A program made the translations under genes and the position numbers. Positions 1-8,846 of a stretch of 64,000 bases of DNA are shown here, one piece after another. The notes beneath the pieces are model-generated. The model had not been told where the DNA came from. It searched no databases and worked only from the letters and a program-made list of their open reading frames with translations. Source of the DNA: an uncultured Chloroflexia bacterium (GTDB lineage Bacteria > Chloroflexota > Chloroflexia > Thermomicrobiales > UBA6265). The stretch covers positions 224,001 to 288,000 of the forward strand of contig CAVRUC010000007.1 of assembly GCA_963724295.1 (NCBI GenBank), given 5' to 3'. How positions within the stretch are numbered: position 1 is the first letter of the stretch; each line of letters opens with the position of its first letter.

Positions 1-1719
1 ATCATCGAGATCGCGGTTGCGCGATTCAGCGGCGGTGTCATGGCGAACCGGTGGGAGAGCCTGTGCAGTCCCGGCCGACGCGTGCCGGCCTATATCACCA
101 AGCTCACTGGAATCGACGACGATTTACTCTCCGATGCGCCCGCGTTCGAGAGCATCGCGGATACAGCCGTGGCACTCCTCACGGACGCGGTAATTGTCGG
201 CCACAACGTCGAATTTGATCTCAGTTTCTTGAACGCGGAGCTGGAGCGAGCTGGGCGATCGCCAATTGTGAATGACCGCGTCGATACGCTCGCTCTTGCA
301 ACCCGGCTGCTCCCGGGCTTGCGCAAGCCGACGCTGAGCGTGCTGGCGGAGCGGCTTGGTGTGTCGAGCCAACCAAAACCGCGACACCGCGCCGGACCAG
401 ACGCAGTACTGACAGGCATGGTTGCGGTGACCCTGCTCGAGCATGCCCGAGATGCCGGTTTTGCGACCCTCGAGGATGTGAAGTCAGTCGCTCGACCGAT
501 AACGCGCCGGCCGCGGGAGCGCATGGCGCGAGCGAGCTCGGTCGTGGACCGCTCGATTCTTGCGACCATCCCCCGAGCGCCCGGTGTCTACCTCATGCGG
601 GACGCGAACGAGCACGTCGTGTACGTCGGCAAGGCCAAGAATCTCAGGGATCGCGTTGGTACCTACTTTTCGCAACCACTCGGTTACACGCGAAAGATGG
701 ACGGACTGATCGAGTCACTTTCGCGGATCCAGGTCGAGGTCGTCGGCTCGGAACTGGAAGCACTGCTGTTGGAGTCCCAGCTCATCCGGCGCTATCAACC
801 GCGGTACAACACCGCACTCCGTTCGCATGAGCAGTACCCATTCATTCGCATCGACGTCGCGAATCCGTGGCCAAGAGTGAGTCTGGCCAAGTCGCGTAAG
901 GACGACGGGGCGCGCTACTTCGGCCCGTTTCGGAGCGCTGCTACGGCGCGGAAAACGGTCGATCTCATCAATCGCGTCGTGCCCTTACGGACGTGCACTC
1001 GCTCATTCCGGGACGCCCGCTCGTATGGGTCTCCCTGTCTGGAATTGGGTATCGGTCGGTGCCTCGGGCCGTGTGTGGGCCAAGCGGATCGCGATCAATA
1101 CGTCTCGTTGGTGCGAAGCGTGGTCGACTATGTCGACGGCCGGGACCAGGCGCTTCACGAATTGCTCTGGTCCGGGCTAGAGAATGCCGCCGCGGCTCTG
1201 GATTTCGAGCGAGCATCACGATTGCGACGCGATTTGCAAGCATCGCTGGCGCTGACAGCGGCGCAGCGGCGGCTGCGTGAATCGACGGAAGCGAACTGGG
1301 TTGTCCTGGTCACATTGTCCGCGGAGCCAGAACATCGCGAGCTGATGGTGATCTTGCGAGGCCGTCTCTGGTCGCAACTGCGGGTGCCGGATGCTTCGCC
1401 CGCTGGCGAGCTGGCATCGCGGCTCGAGAGATGTTGGGAACGCTTCACCGTCGTTGGCATTGGTGAGCCCGATCATGATTCGGTCGACGATATGCACATT
1501 CTCGATTCCTGGCTGGCGCGTCACGAGGGGCATCCATCGATTCTGGCCATCCAGGAGCGCGCCGGGACGCCTGACTGGCAGGTAATGGCCAGGCGAGCGC
1601 TTGCTCTACGGCGAGATCAGCTTGACTTCGACGCCTGGCGTAAGGCGCGCGAGGTGGGCGAGGGCGAATGGGGTGAGTTGGAGGTAGCGGCCTCGATCCC
1701 GGTCATTGCGGAGACTTGA
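1..1719 (+). CDS. DEDDh 3'-5' exonuclease (Pol III epsilon-like) fused to UvrC/Cho-like GIY-YIG endonuclease and UVR domain; 5'-truncated by window edge
   Basis: Frame open from base 1 (IIEIAVARF...). Exo motifs GHNVEFD and HRAGPDA; GIY-YIG PGVYLMRD...YVGKAKNLRDRV; Cys cluster CLELGIGRCLGPC; UVR-like LDFERASRLR. Confidence 0.85.
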   Translation: MIEIAVARFSGGVMANRWESLCSPGRRVPAYITKLTGIDDDLLSDAPAFESIADTAVALLTDAVIVGHNVEFDLSFLNAELERAGRSPIVNDRVDTLALATRLLPGLRKPTLSVLAERLGVSSQPKPRHRAGPDAVLTGMVAVTLLEHARDAGFATLEDVKSVARPITRRPRERMARASSVVDRSILATIPRAPGVYLMRDANEHVVYVGKAKNLRDRVGTYFSQPLGYTRKMDGLIESLSRIQVEVVGSELEALLLESQLIRRYQPRYNTALRSHEQYPFIRIDVANPWPRVSLAKSRKDDGARYFGPFRSAATARKTVDLINRVVPLRTCTRSFRDARSYGSPCLELGIGRCLGPCVGQADRDQYVSLVRSVVDYVDGRDQALHELLWSGLENAAAALDFERASRLRRDLQASLALTAAQRRLRESTEANWVVLVTLSAEPEHRELMVILRGRLWSQLRVPDASPAGELASRLERCWERFTVVGIGEPDHDSVDDMHILDSWLARHEGHPSILAIQERAGTPDWQVMARRALALRRDQLDFDAWRKAREVGEGEWGELEVAASIPVIAET

Positions 1720-1803
1720 ACCGCATGTGTGTCGAGATGGAGGTGACCGTTCGCTATACTCGCCGGACTCGTGGATGGTTGGTTCGGGTTCAGGTAGGTC
1801 AGT

Positions 1804-2439
1804 GTGACGGCAACGGTTGAAGAGCGAGAAGAAGCGCTGGCGCGGATCGCGGATGATATCGTCGCCTGCACGCGCTGCGAGCTGCACAAGACGCGAACGA
1901 AGTCGGTTCCGGGCGAGGGACCTGCGGACGCTCGAATCATGCTTATTGGCGAGGCGCCGGGCTGGAATGAGGATCAGCAGGGCCGGCCCTTCGTTGGCGC
2001 GGCAGGCAGGTTTCTGGAGGAGCTTCTGGCGAGCGCGGGAATGACTCGTGGCGAGGTGTTCATTACCAATGTGGTGAAGTCGCGGCCGCCTGGAAACCGA
2101 GATCCATTGCCGGATGAGATCGCTGCGTGCGCGCCGTTCCTCGAGCGTCAGATTGAGGTGATCGATCCCGATGTAATCGTGACACTGGGGCGGTTCTCGA
2201 TGGCGCGATGGTTTCCCGGAGAACGGATCTCGCGCATTCACGGTCAGCCCAAGCGGGTTGGGCGCCGGCTGATCGTTCCGATGTATCACCCCGCGGCGGC
2301 GCTGCACCAGCAAGCGCTGAAAGCGACGATTCAAGAAGACTTCAGCCGGCTGCCCAGGATCCTCGCGGAGGCCGAGGCGGTGAAGCGGGATGAGGATTCG
2401 TCCGGCAGACCGCCTGCGCAGCAAATGGGACTGTTTTAG
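1804..2439 (+). CDS. Uracil-DNA glycosylase family 4 (Fe-S type)
   Basis: CTRCELH, GEAPG, GRPFVGAAG, YHPAA motifs. Confidence 0.93.
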   Translation: MTATVEEREEALARIADDIVACTRCELHKTRTKSVPGEGPADARIMLIGEAPGWNEDQQGRPFVGAAGRFLEELLASAGMTRGEVFITNVVKSRPPGNRDPLPDEIAACAPFLERQIEVIDPDVIVTLGRFSMARWFPGERISRIHGQPKRVGRRLIVPMYHPAAALHQQALKATIQEDFSRLPRILAEAEAVKRDEDSSGRPPAQQMGLF

Positions 2440-2463
2440 CAGCGGGCTGCACTACGTCGCGAT

Positions 2464-5400
2464 TCAGCGATAATTGTGCGATGCCGGTGCGACCTGGCGG
2501 GCACGGTCGAGTCCGGTCTCCGGGTCCTCACTCTGCTGGGCGATGACGTCGATAGCGGTGGCATCCGGCGCTGCCGGCGTGTCCAGATTGCCCGGGACGT
2601 GAAATTCGGCGCGTGCTTCTGACAATGGCCAAATCCGTTCGGCGACCAGGTTGATGGTGTTGTTGCGCTGTTGCAGGACACCCTCGACGACAACAAACGG
2701 CTCGCCCCGTACGATGTGGCGGCGCTCGCTATACAGATCCGGGAACACGATGACATTGAGCAAGCCATGCTCGTCCTCCAGCAGGAGGAAGGTGATCCCC
2801 TTGGCGGTGCCTGGGCGTTGCCGGCAGACGATGAGTCCGGCGACCTGAATGCGGGTCCCATCCGGGATGTGGAGTGTCTCGGCTATAGAGCGGATGGCGC
2901 GTGGCAGACGCGGACGCAGCAGTCCGAGCGGATGATAGCGGGGCGAGAGTCCCATGAGGGCGTAGTCACTGGTCATCTGCTCCCAGGCGCCCATCGGACG
3001 CAGCTCGACCATATCCTGCTCGACAGGCAATGGGATGGGGAGTTGCCGCCCGGGTGTCTTGTGGTTTTTGCCGCCGAAGGCGCGTGCCGGCAGGAACAGT
3101 CCGAGTTGCCAGAGCGCCTCGCGGCGACCGAGTCCGAACCCATCGGCCGCGCCCACGGCAACCAGGTTTTCGGCGGCTTCGATCCGCAACGGAACCCGGC
3201 GCACCACGTCGGCGAGCGACTGGAAACGGCCGCCAGCGTCACGTTCGGCGACAAGGCGGGTGGCGACGTCCTCGCCGGCCTCCGCGACATATCCCAGACC
3301 GATGCGAACTGTATTGCCCTGGACCGAGCATTTCACTCCGCTCTCGTTGACGTCGGGCGGCAGGATGCGAACCTGGTGCCGCCTGGCATCGTTGGTCAGA
3401 ACGTGCGGAGGGTAAAACCCCATCGGTTGATTGTTCAGTAGCGCGCAAACGAATTCGGCGGGGTAGTAGTGCTTGAGCCATGATGACTGATAGGCCAGGA
3501 TGGCGAATGCGGTCGCATGGCTTTTCGGGAATCCATATTCCGCGAATCCAATGAGTTTCTTGAATACCTTCTCGGCAGTTGCCAGATCGACGCCTTGCCC
3601 GAGCGCTCCAATGCGAAACTGGGTCCAGAGACGGGTCATTGCCTCACGCGACCGCTTGCGGGTCATGGCCCGACGGAGCTGGTCGGCCTGACCGGCGCTG
3701 AAGCCCGCCAGCGCCATGGATACCCCGAGGACCTGCTCCTGGTAGAGAACGACACCCAGAGTTTCGCGCAGCACCGGTTCCAGAGAGGGATGATCGTATG
3801 CCGGCGGTGGGGCAAGCCCCCGCCGCTCCAGCTCTCGATGCTGGACATAAGGGTTCACAGCGCCGCCGATGATTGGCCCCGGCCGCACGATCGCCACCTG
3901 CACGACAAGATCTTCGAGGCAGCGGGGTTGGGTACGCAGCAAGGTCTGGATCTGAGCCCGGCTCTCGATCTGGAAGGTGCCGATCGTGTCCCCAGCACAG
4001 ATCATGTCGTAGACCGCCGGATCGGTGAAATCGATCCGGCTGAGATCGACCGGCGGCTTGCCGTTGGCGGGAATCAGGCGTAGTGCCTCTTCGACGAGCG
4101 AGAGCATCCCCAGCGCGAGGAAATCGATCTTGATGAACCCGGCATCATCACAGGAATCCTTGTCCCACTGACAGAGATAGCGTCCCTGCATGGAGGCGGG
4201 TTGCACCGGCACCAGATCGACGAGGGGAGCGGAGGAGATGATCATCCCGCCGGAATGCTGGCTGACGTGTCGGGGAAACCCGGAGAGCTCCCCGGCCAGC
4301 TCTACGAGATAGCGCCAGGGAGGCGCCTCCAGGCGTGACGCGTACTCCGGGATACGAGCTAGCTCCAGGCCGAGGTCTCCGGCCTGACGCGGCTCGCTGA
4401 GCTTGGAGATGCGGTCGAGATCGGCGACCGGGATGCCAAGCGCCTTCCCAACGTCACGCAGGGCGGAGCGGAGACGGTAGGTGGGGAATGCGCAGACGAG
4501 CGCGGCGTGATCGGGACCGAAGCGCTCGTAGACGCGTTCGATCAGGCGCTCGCGGATCTCGCGCGGAAAGTCGAGATCGATGTCCGGGATGGAGCTCATC
4601 TCGTCGTTTATGAACCGGCCAAGCATCAGGTTGTGCGCCAGAGGATCGACGTGGGAAAGTCCAATCAAGTAGCAGACGATCGAGCCGACGGAGGATCCTC
4701 GCCCGCGTCCGGGAGGGAGGGTGGCGGCGAAGCCATCCACACCGCGGATCTCGACCGAGACCTCCCGCGCCAGCTCCAGCAGATCGCGATAGAGCAGGAA
4801 AAAACCGGAAAGCCCGTGTCTGGCGATCAGGTGCAGCTCCTGCTCCAGCCGTTCTTCCGCGGTCGTCCAGTCTTTGCTGCCGTACCGGCGACGCACCTCG
4901 CCGCGACAGATCCCGGCGAGAAGCTCGTCGGGTGTCTGCCCAGGTAATGTGGGATAGCGAGGAAAGAGGTAGGCAAGATCGCGCGTGAGATCAAACGAAG
5001 CACAGCGCTCGGCGAGAACGGTGGTATTGTGCACGGCCTCCGGATGGGCCGCGAATCGCGCGGCCGCCTCTTCTGGCGAGCGAAGAAAAAACTCCGCGTT
5101 CGGGAGGCGCTCGCGATGGCACCCATCCAGGGTTGTGCGGTGGCGGATGGCAACCAGTACGTCCTGAAGGCGGCGCCGTGCCTGACGATGATAGTGGACG
5201 TTGCCGGTGGCGACTGTCCGCAAACCTGCGTCTGCCGCGAGGCGGGAGAGCATGGCAATACGGCGGGTATCACCGAAGACGAGATTGTGCTGTAGCTCGA
5301 CAGCGACATTGTCCGGACCGAACCACTCGACATAGCGATCGAGGAGGTGACGGGCTTCGCTCCGGCAGCCATCGTCGACCAGGCGCGAGAGCGGGCCGCG

Positions 5401-5883
5401 CCGGCATCCGGTAAGCAGGATCAATCCTTGAGCGTGTTCCGCGAGCAATGAGGGATCGAGACGGGGTTGTCGCTCCTCGTCTTTTTTCCAAACCTCGCGA
5501 GGAGGGGAGAAGGAGACGAGGCCGCTCTCCGCGGGGATGTTCGGACCGGCGTAGGCAGCGGTGATGAGCCGGCTGAGATTGGAGTACCCCGTAACGGTCT
5601 CCGCGAGAAGCGTGAGATGGGAGCCATCGGCCAGAGTCAGTTCGGCGCCGGTGATGGGTGTGATACCAGCCGCCCGCGCGGCTCGCGCGAACTCCATGGC
5701 GCCGTGGAGCCCGTCGTGATCGGTGATGGCCAGAGCCCGGTAGCCAAGGTCGGCGGCCTGACCAACGATCTCCTCGGGCAGGGACGCGCCGTCGAGAAAG
5801 GAGAATGCGGTGTGGAGATGGAGCTCGACGTACGGAGGGTGATGGGTGATGGGTGATGGGGTGATAGGAAGGAACTCTTTCAC
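2464..5883 (-). CDS. dnaE2: Error-prone DNA polymerase III alpha paralogue DnaE2 (ImuC)
   Basis: ELHLHTAFSFLDGAS PHP start, PDIDLDF, GFPRHVSQHSGG, CQWDKD, KIDFLALGML, YGFPKSHA, RQRPGTAKG OB fold; lies downstream of imuB. Confidence 0.95.
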   Translation of the reverse strand: MKEFLPITPSPITHHPPYVELHLHTAFSFLDGASLPEEIVGQAADLGYRALAITDHDGLHGAMEFARAARAAGITPITGAELTLADGSHLTLLAETVTGYSNLSRLITAAYAGPNIPAESGLVSFSPPREVWKKDEERQPRLDPSLLAEHAQGLILLTGCRRGPLSRLVDDGCRSEARHLLDRYVEWFGPDNVAVELQHNLVFGDTRRIAMLSRLAADAGLRTVATGNVHYHRQARRRLQDVLVAIRHRTTLDGCHRERLPNAEFFLRSPEEAAARFAAHPEAVHNTTVLAERCASFDLTRDLAYLFPRYPTLPGQTPDELLAGICRGEVRRRYGSKDWTTAEERLEQELHLIARHGLSGFFLLYRDLLELAREVSVEIRGVDGFAATLPPGRGRGSSVGSIVCYLIGLSHVDPLAHNLMLGRFINDEMSSIPDIDLDFPREIRERLIERVYERFGPDHAALVCAFPTYRLRSALRDVGKALGIPVADLDRISKLSEPRQAGDLGLELARIPEYASRLEAPPWRYLVELAGELSGFPRHVSQHSGGMIISSAPLVDLVPVQPASMQGRYLCQWDKDSCDDAGFIKIDFLALGMLSLVEEALRLIPANGKPPVDLSRIDFTDPAVYDMICAGDTIGTFQIESRAQIQTLLRTQPRCLEDLVVQVAIVRPGPIIGGAVNPYVQHRELERRGLAPPPAYDHPSLEPVLRETLGVVLYQEQVLGVSMALAGFSAGQADQLRRAMTRKRSREAMTRLWTQFRIGALGQGVDLATAEKVFKKLIGFAEYGFPKSHATAFAILAYQSSWLKHYYPAEFVCALLNNQPMGFYPPHVLTNDARRHQVRILPPDVNESGVKCSVQGNTVRIGLGYVAEAGEDVATRLVAERDAGGRFQSLADVVRRVPLRIEAAENLVAVGAADGFGLGRREALWQLGLFLPARAFGGKNHKTPGRQLPIPLPVEQDMVELRPMGAWEQMTSDYALMGLSPRYHPLGLLRPRLPRAIRSIAETLHIPDGTRIQVAGLIVCRQRPGTAKGITFLLLEDEHGLLNVIVFPDLYSERRHIVRGEPFVVVEGVLQQRNNTINLVAERIWPLSEARAEFHVPGNLDTPAAPDATAIDVIAQQSEDPETGLDRARQVAPASHNYR
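5837..5865. repeat. Tandem heptamer (GGGTGAT)x3 + G + GGGTGAT inside the 5' coding end of dnaE2; also a G3N4G3N4G3N4G4 quadruplex motif on the + strand
   Basis: Read directly: gggtgat gggtgat gggtgat g gggtgat. Confidence 0.9.
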
Positions 5884-5901
5884 CTTATCGCCCTGGCACC
5901 C

Positions 5902-6189
5902 TTAATACGTTTGCTCGAACCAGCGATCGGCGATGCGGTCGTGAAAGAGCGTGCGTATGGCGCCGTCACAGAAGATGACCTGGACGTAGTACCGGCTAAT
6001 GGGTTCACGCCACCACTCGTCGTCGACATACCAGGAATCCTGGACGCACTCGACCTCGTGGCGCCGGTTGCGCTCGTGTAGCGTGACCGGCAGCCCGCTC
6101 TGTGTGTCGACCGTGACCTGAACCGGACGGGGAAGGTTCAGGCATCGTACGCGATCAGCGCGTGTCTCCGCTCCGGCAGGCGCGACCAT
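5902..6189 (-). CDS. Small protein resembling the ImuB C-terminal / DUF6504-type domain
   Basis: WYVDDEWWREPISRYYVQV...LFHDRIADRWF pattern; GGAGGT SD before ATG; sits between imuB and dnaE2. Confidence 0.75.
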   Translation of the reverse strand: MVAPAGAETRADRVRCLNLPRPVQVTVDTQSGLPVTLHERNRRHEVECVQDSWYVDDEWWREPISRYYVQVIFCDGAIRTLFHDRIADRWFEQTY

Positions 6190-7331
6190 GGCTCGACCTC
6201 CGCAACGCGATAGAGACCGGACGTCCCGAACCGCTGTTTGAGCTGACGGCTTGCTTCGGCGAGTTGCCAGGGACGACGGGAGTGGAACCCAGGGAGAAGT
6301 TCCTGGCGGCTGGTAGCGTCGATCAGACCGGAGAGCTCCAGCGTGAGCGCGACAACCGGTCCGGGCAGAGTCAGGGTTTGCACCCGGTATCCCAGGGCCT
6401 CGATGAGACGTTTGCGGCCTCCAGGATCGCGCAAGGTCGTGACCTGCTCCCAGGACTGGCCGTCCTCCAGGGAGGCGCGCAGCCGAGCCTGGCGGACGTG
6501 ACGGCTCCGCAACGCGGCGCGATCGAATGCACGGAGCACGAGCCGCGTGATGGCGATCAGCACTGTTTCCCGGCTGGTAGCTGGCGCGGGCAGGGCGAGC
6601 GATTCGCTGACGGTTTCCGGTTGCAGCCGAGGACGTACCGGCTCGCGATCATTCCCGCGCGCTAATTCCCAGGCTCGGCGTCCTTCTGCCCCAAAACGGG
6701 CTTGTACCGCCGTCGGGGATAAGTCAGCGAGATCGCCCAAGGTGCGTAACCCCAGGCGTTCCAGGCGCCGCCGCTTGTCCGGGGCAAGAGGGAGGAGGGA
6801 GACCGGCGCTTTAGCGAGGAAACTTTGGGTCATGGTGGGATCGACGACCATGACAGTGCCAGGGGGAGCCCCATAGGCGGCGACCCGTGCCGTGAACTTG
6901 TTTGGTGCGACACCCGCGCGCGGTCGAAAAAGTGGAGGAACGGTGGCTAGCAAGCGCTCGGCGGCGAGACGCGGAGGACCAAGACGACGTTCCAGCCCCG
7001 TCAGATCGACGAGATAGCAGCCTGCTTGCCTGGCATCGACCTCGACTGCCGGGCTGAGTGTCTCCAGAGCGGCCACAATCTGTTCCGCCGCCGCGCTCTC
7101 GCGCACGGGATGCGGAGAAAGAATGATCGCCTCTGGACAGAGGGCGATCGCCTCTCGCAATCCTAAACCGATACGGACGCCGCGCGCAGCCGCTTCCGGG
7201 GTGGCGTCGGTCACGACTGGTCGGCCACCCTGCGCTGGCCCCAACACCAGCGGCGCGCCGTCGAGTTCCGGGCGATCGAGCAGGGCAACCCGGAGGGCAA
7301 AATGGGGAATTACGAGACAGGCGATAGACAC
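6138..7331 (-). CDS. imuB: ImuB-like inactive Y-family DNA polymerase
   Basis: Y-family features (AAARGVRIGLGLREAIALCP, GVAPNKFTARVAA, LGLRTLGDLA) but lacks the catalytic Asp/Asp-Glu; GGAGG SD; upstream of dnaE2. Confidence 0.85.
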   Translation of the reverse strand: MSIACLVIPHFALRVALLDRPELDGAPLVLGPAQGGRPVVTDATPEAAARGVRIGLGLREAIALCPEAIILSPHPVRESAAAEQIVAALETLSPAVEVDARQAGCYLVDLTGLERRLGPPRLAAERLLATVPPLFRPRAGVAPNKFTARVAAYGAPPGTVMVVDPTMTQSFLAKAPVSLLPLAPDKRRRLERLGLRTLGDLADLSPTAVQARFGAEGRRAWELARGNDREPVRPRLQPETVSESLALPAPATSRETVLIAITRLVLRAFDRAALRSRHVRQARLRASLEDGQSWEQVTTLRDPGGRKRLIEALGYRVQTLTLPGPVVALTLELSGLIDATSRQELLPGFHSRRPWQLAEASRQLKQRFGTSGLYRVAEVEPWSRLPERRHALIAYDA

Positions 7332-7387
7332 GGGTCCCTCCTCCGTAGACCTGCCGCCAGGAGAGCACCTTGCTCCGTGCCCGATAA

Positions 7388-7403
7388 TAGAACATATGTT
7401 CTA
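7388..7403. promoter_or_regulatory. LexA (SOS) box upstream of imuB
   Basis: Perfect palindrome TAGAACATATGTTCTA = GAAC-N4-GTTC, ~57 nt before the imuB start. Confidence 0.9.
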
Positions 7404-7510
7404 CCACTACAAGGGCGGGAGGGATTGACTGCGGTGCATCAGGACCAATGTCTACGGACACCCCGAACGTTCACGCCACCCTCAACGCACCAAGAAATTC
7501 CACCTCACGT

Positions 7511-7542
7511 CCAAAGACCCTGGCGAACGCCAGAGTCTTTGG
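7511..7542 (-). terminator. Stem-loop downstream of the 7606..8181 gene (possible terminator)
   Basis: CCAAAGACCCTGGCG/CGCCAGAGTCTTTGG inverted repeat with one mismatch; no clear U-tract. Confidence 0.5.
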
Positions 7543-7605
7543 GGAGGATAAGGGAAGGGGAAGGAGGGCATATCCCTCCGGCAGGTGAGTTATCGAGCAG
7601 CGACG

Positions 7606-8181
7606 CTAGCGTGCCGCCGCGGCAGGAAAGAGCCGCGCCGCAGAAACCCGTGACGAGAGCGCCGGCAAGCGCCCGATATTGAGGATAGCGAGAGCGGTCG
7701 CCCCGCCGATCAGCCCAAGCGCCGCCATGAACGCGACCGTACCTGGCACCCGCACCGCAGGCAAGAAGGAAGCACCCGAAACTGGCGCGGCGTGAAGCCG
7801 CAGCACACTGCCAGATCGCCCATCGATCGTCATCCGAACAGTATCCCCCGTGCGCAGCGATTCGAGGGGAACGCTTTCCTCACCGCGCACGAGTTGCGCC
7901 TCCTGGCCAACCGAAAAGGCGACAGGAGAGTCGGCGCCGTGCTCGATCAACGCGACCAAACCGTCGCTCGCGCCGATCAGTCTGCCCTCGACTGTGACCG
8001 GTACGGCCGCTACGACCGCCCCAGTCTCGGGGGTGAAGACCGTGACGCCCGTCGCCGAGGCGTCGCTCCAGCGCACGGTCATTGCCGATGCCAACAGCGC
8101 GGTGAGGACGATGGCGGCCAGCGTGCGCGCTGAACCAAAGAGGCGGGTCGACCAGGACGGTTCCGGGTGATGCGCGTACAT
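7606..8181 (-). CDS. Hypothetical membrane protein (N- and C-terminal hydrophobic helices flanking a small beta-rich domain)
   Basis: GGAAAGG SD before ATG 8181; TLAAIVLTALLASAM and VAFMAALGLIGGATALAIL hydrophobic segments. Confidence 0.7.
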   Translation of the reverse strand: MYAHHPEPSWSTRLFGSARTLAAIVLTALLASAMTVRWSDASATGVTVFTPETGAVVAAVPVTVEGRLIGASDGLVALIEHGADSPVAFSVGQEAQLVRGEESVPLESLRTGDTVRMTIDGRSGSVLRLHAAPVSGASFLPAVRVPGTVAFMAALGLIGGATALAILNIGRLPALSSRVSAARLFPAAAAR

Positions 8182-8493
8182 AACGAACCTTTCCACCAGT
8201 AGCATGATGCCCCTGACTGCCCGACGCAGCTGGCGAGGCACATCTACGGGACTCAATCATTGCCCCGAATCCGGGATACGCGCCGGCGACCGGCCTGCCA
8301 ATGCGGGGGTAGGGATGAAATCCCGGCCGCTCGACGCGTGTCCACAGTGCGGGGGAGATGGCTGCGGGAGCCATCTCAGCGGGGTACGTTATGCGGGGTT
8401 CAGATCCTCTGGGGGAGAGGATCGGCGGCGGCGGTTCGGGTCCGAGCAGCGGTGGCTGGGTCGCTTTTCGGAATCCGGCGGGATCGCCTTGCC

Positions 8494-8555
8494 TAGAACG
8501 AATGTACTACGAACGTGCCTCCTCGTCAAGTCTTTTCAGAACGCATTTTCTGAAA
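8494..8555 (-). promoter_or_regulatory. Sigma70-type promoter (TTGACG-N17-TACATT) with two LexA-like boxes
   Basis: Minus-strand -35 at 8529-8524 and -10 at 8506-8501; TAGAACGAATGTACTA (8494-8509) overlaps the -10; TTTCAGAACGCATTTTCTGAAA (8534-8555) lies just upstream of the -35. Confidence 0.7.
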
Positions 8556-8846
8556 TGCCTGTCCGGCGTTGCGGGAGCCAGCGAGGCTTGCCGTAGCCAT
8601 TCGCCGGTTGACATTGCATAGATCGTGCCAACCAACGCAGAAAACCACCTCCTATCAACTAGAACGCCGTTCTAGAGCCCGCGTGAGATGCGCTATCAAG
8701 AGATACGAGTAGAGGAACCAACTGGATTGCGAATCGTGCCGAGAAGGCACAAATGCGACAGGGGTTCACTCGCCGTCTTGAAGCCGGTCGTGCTGATGAG
8801 CGCGGTCGAACCCCGAGGGGCTCTACGGGGCCTTCCGGCATGACAT

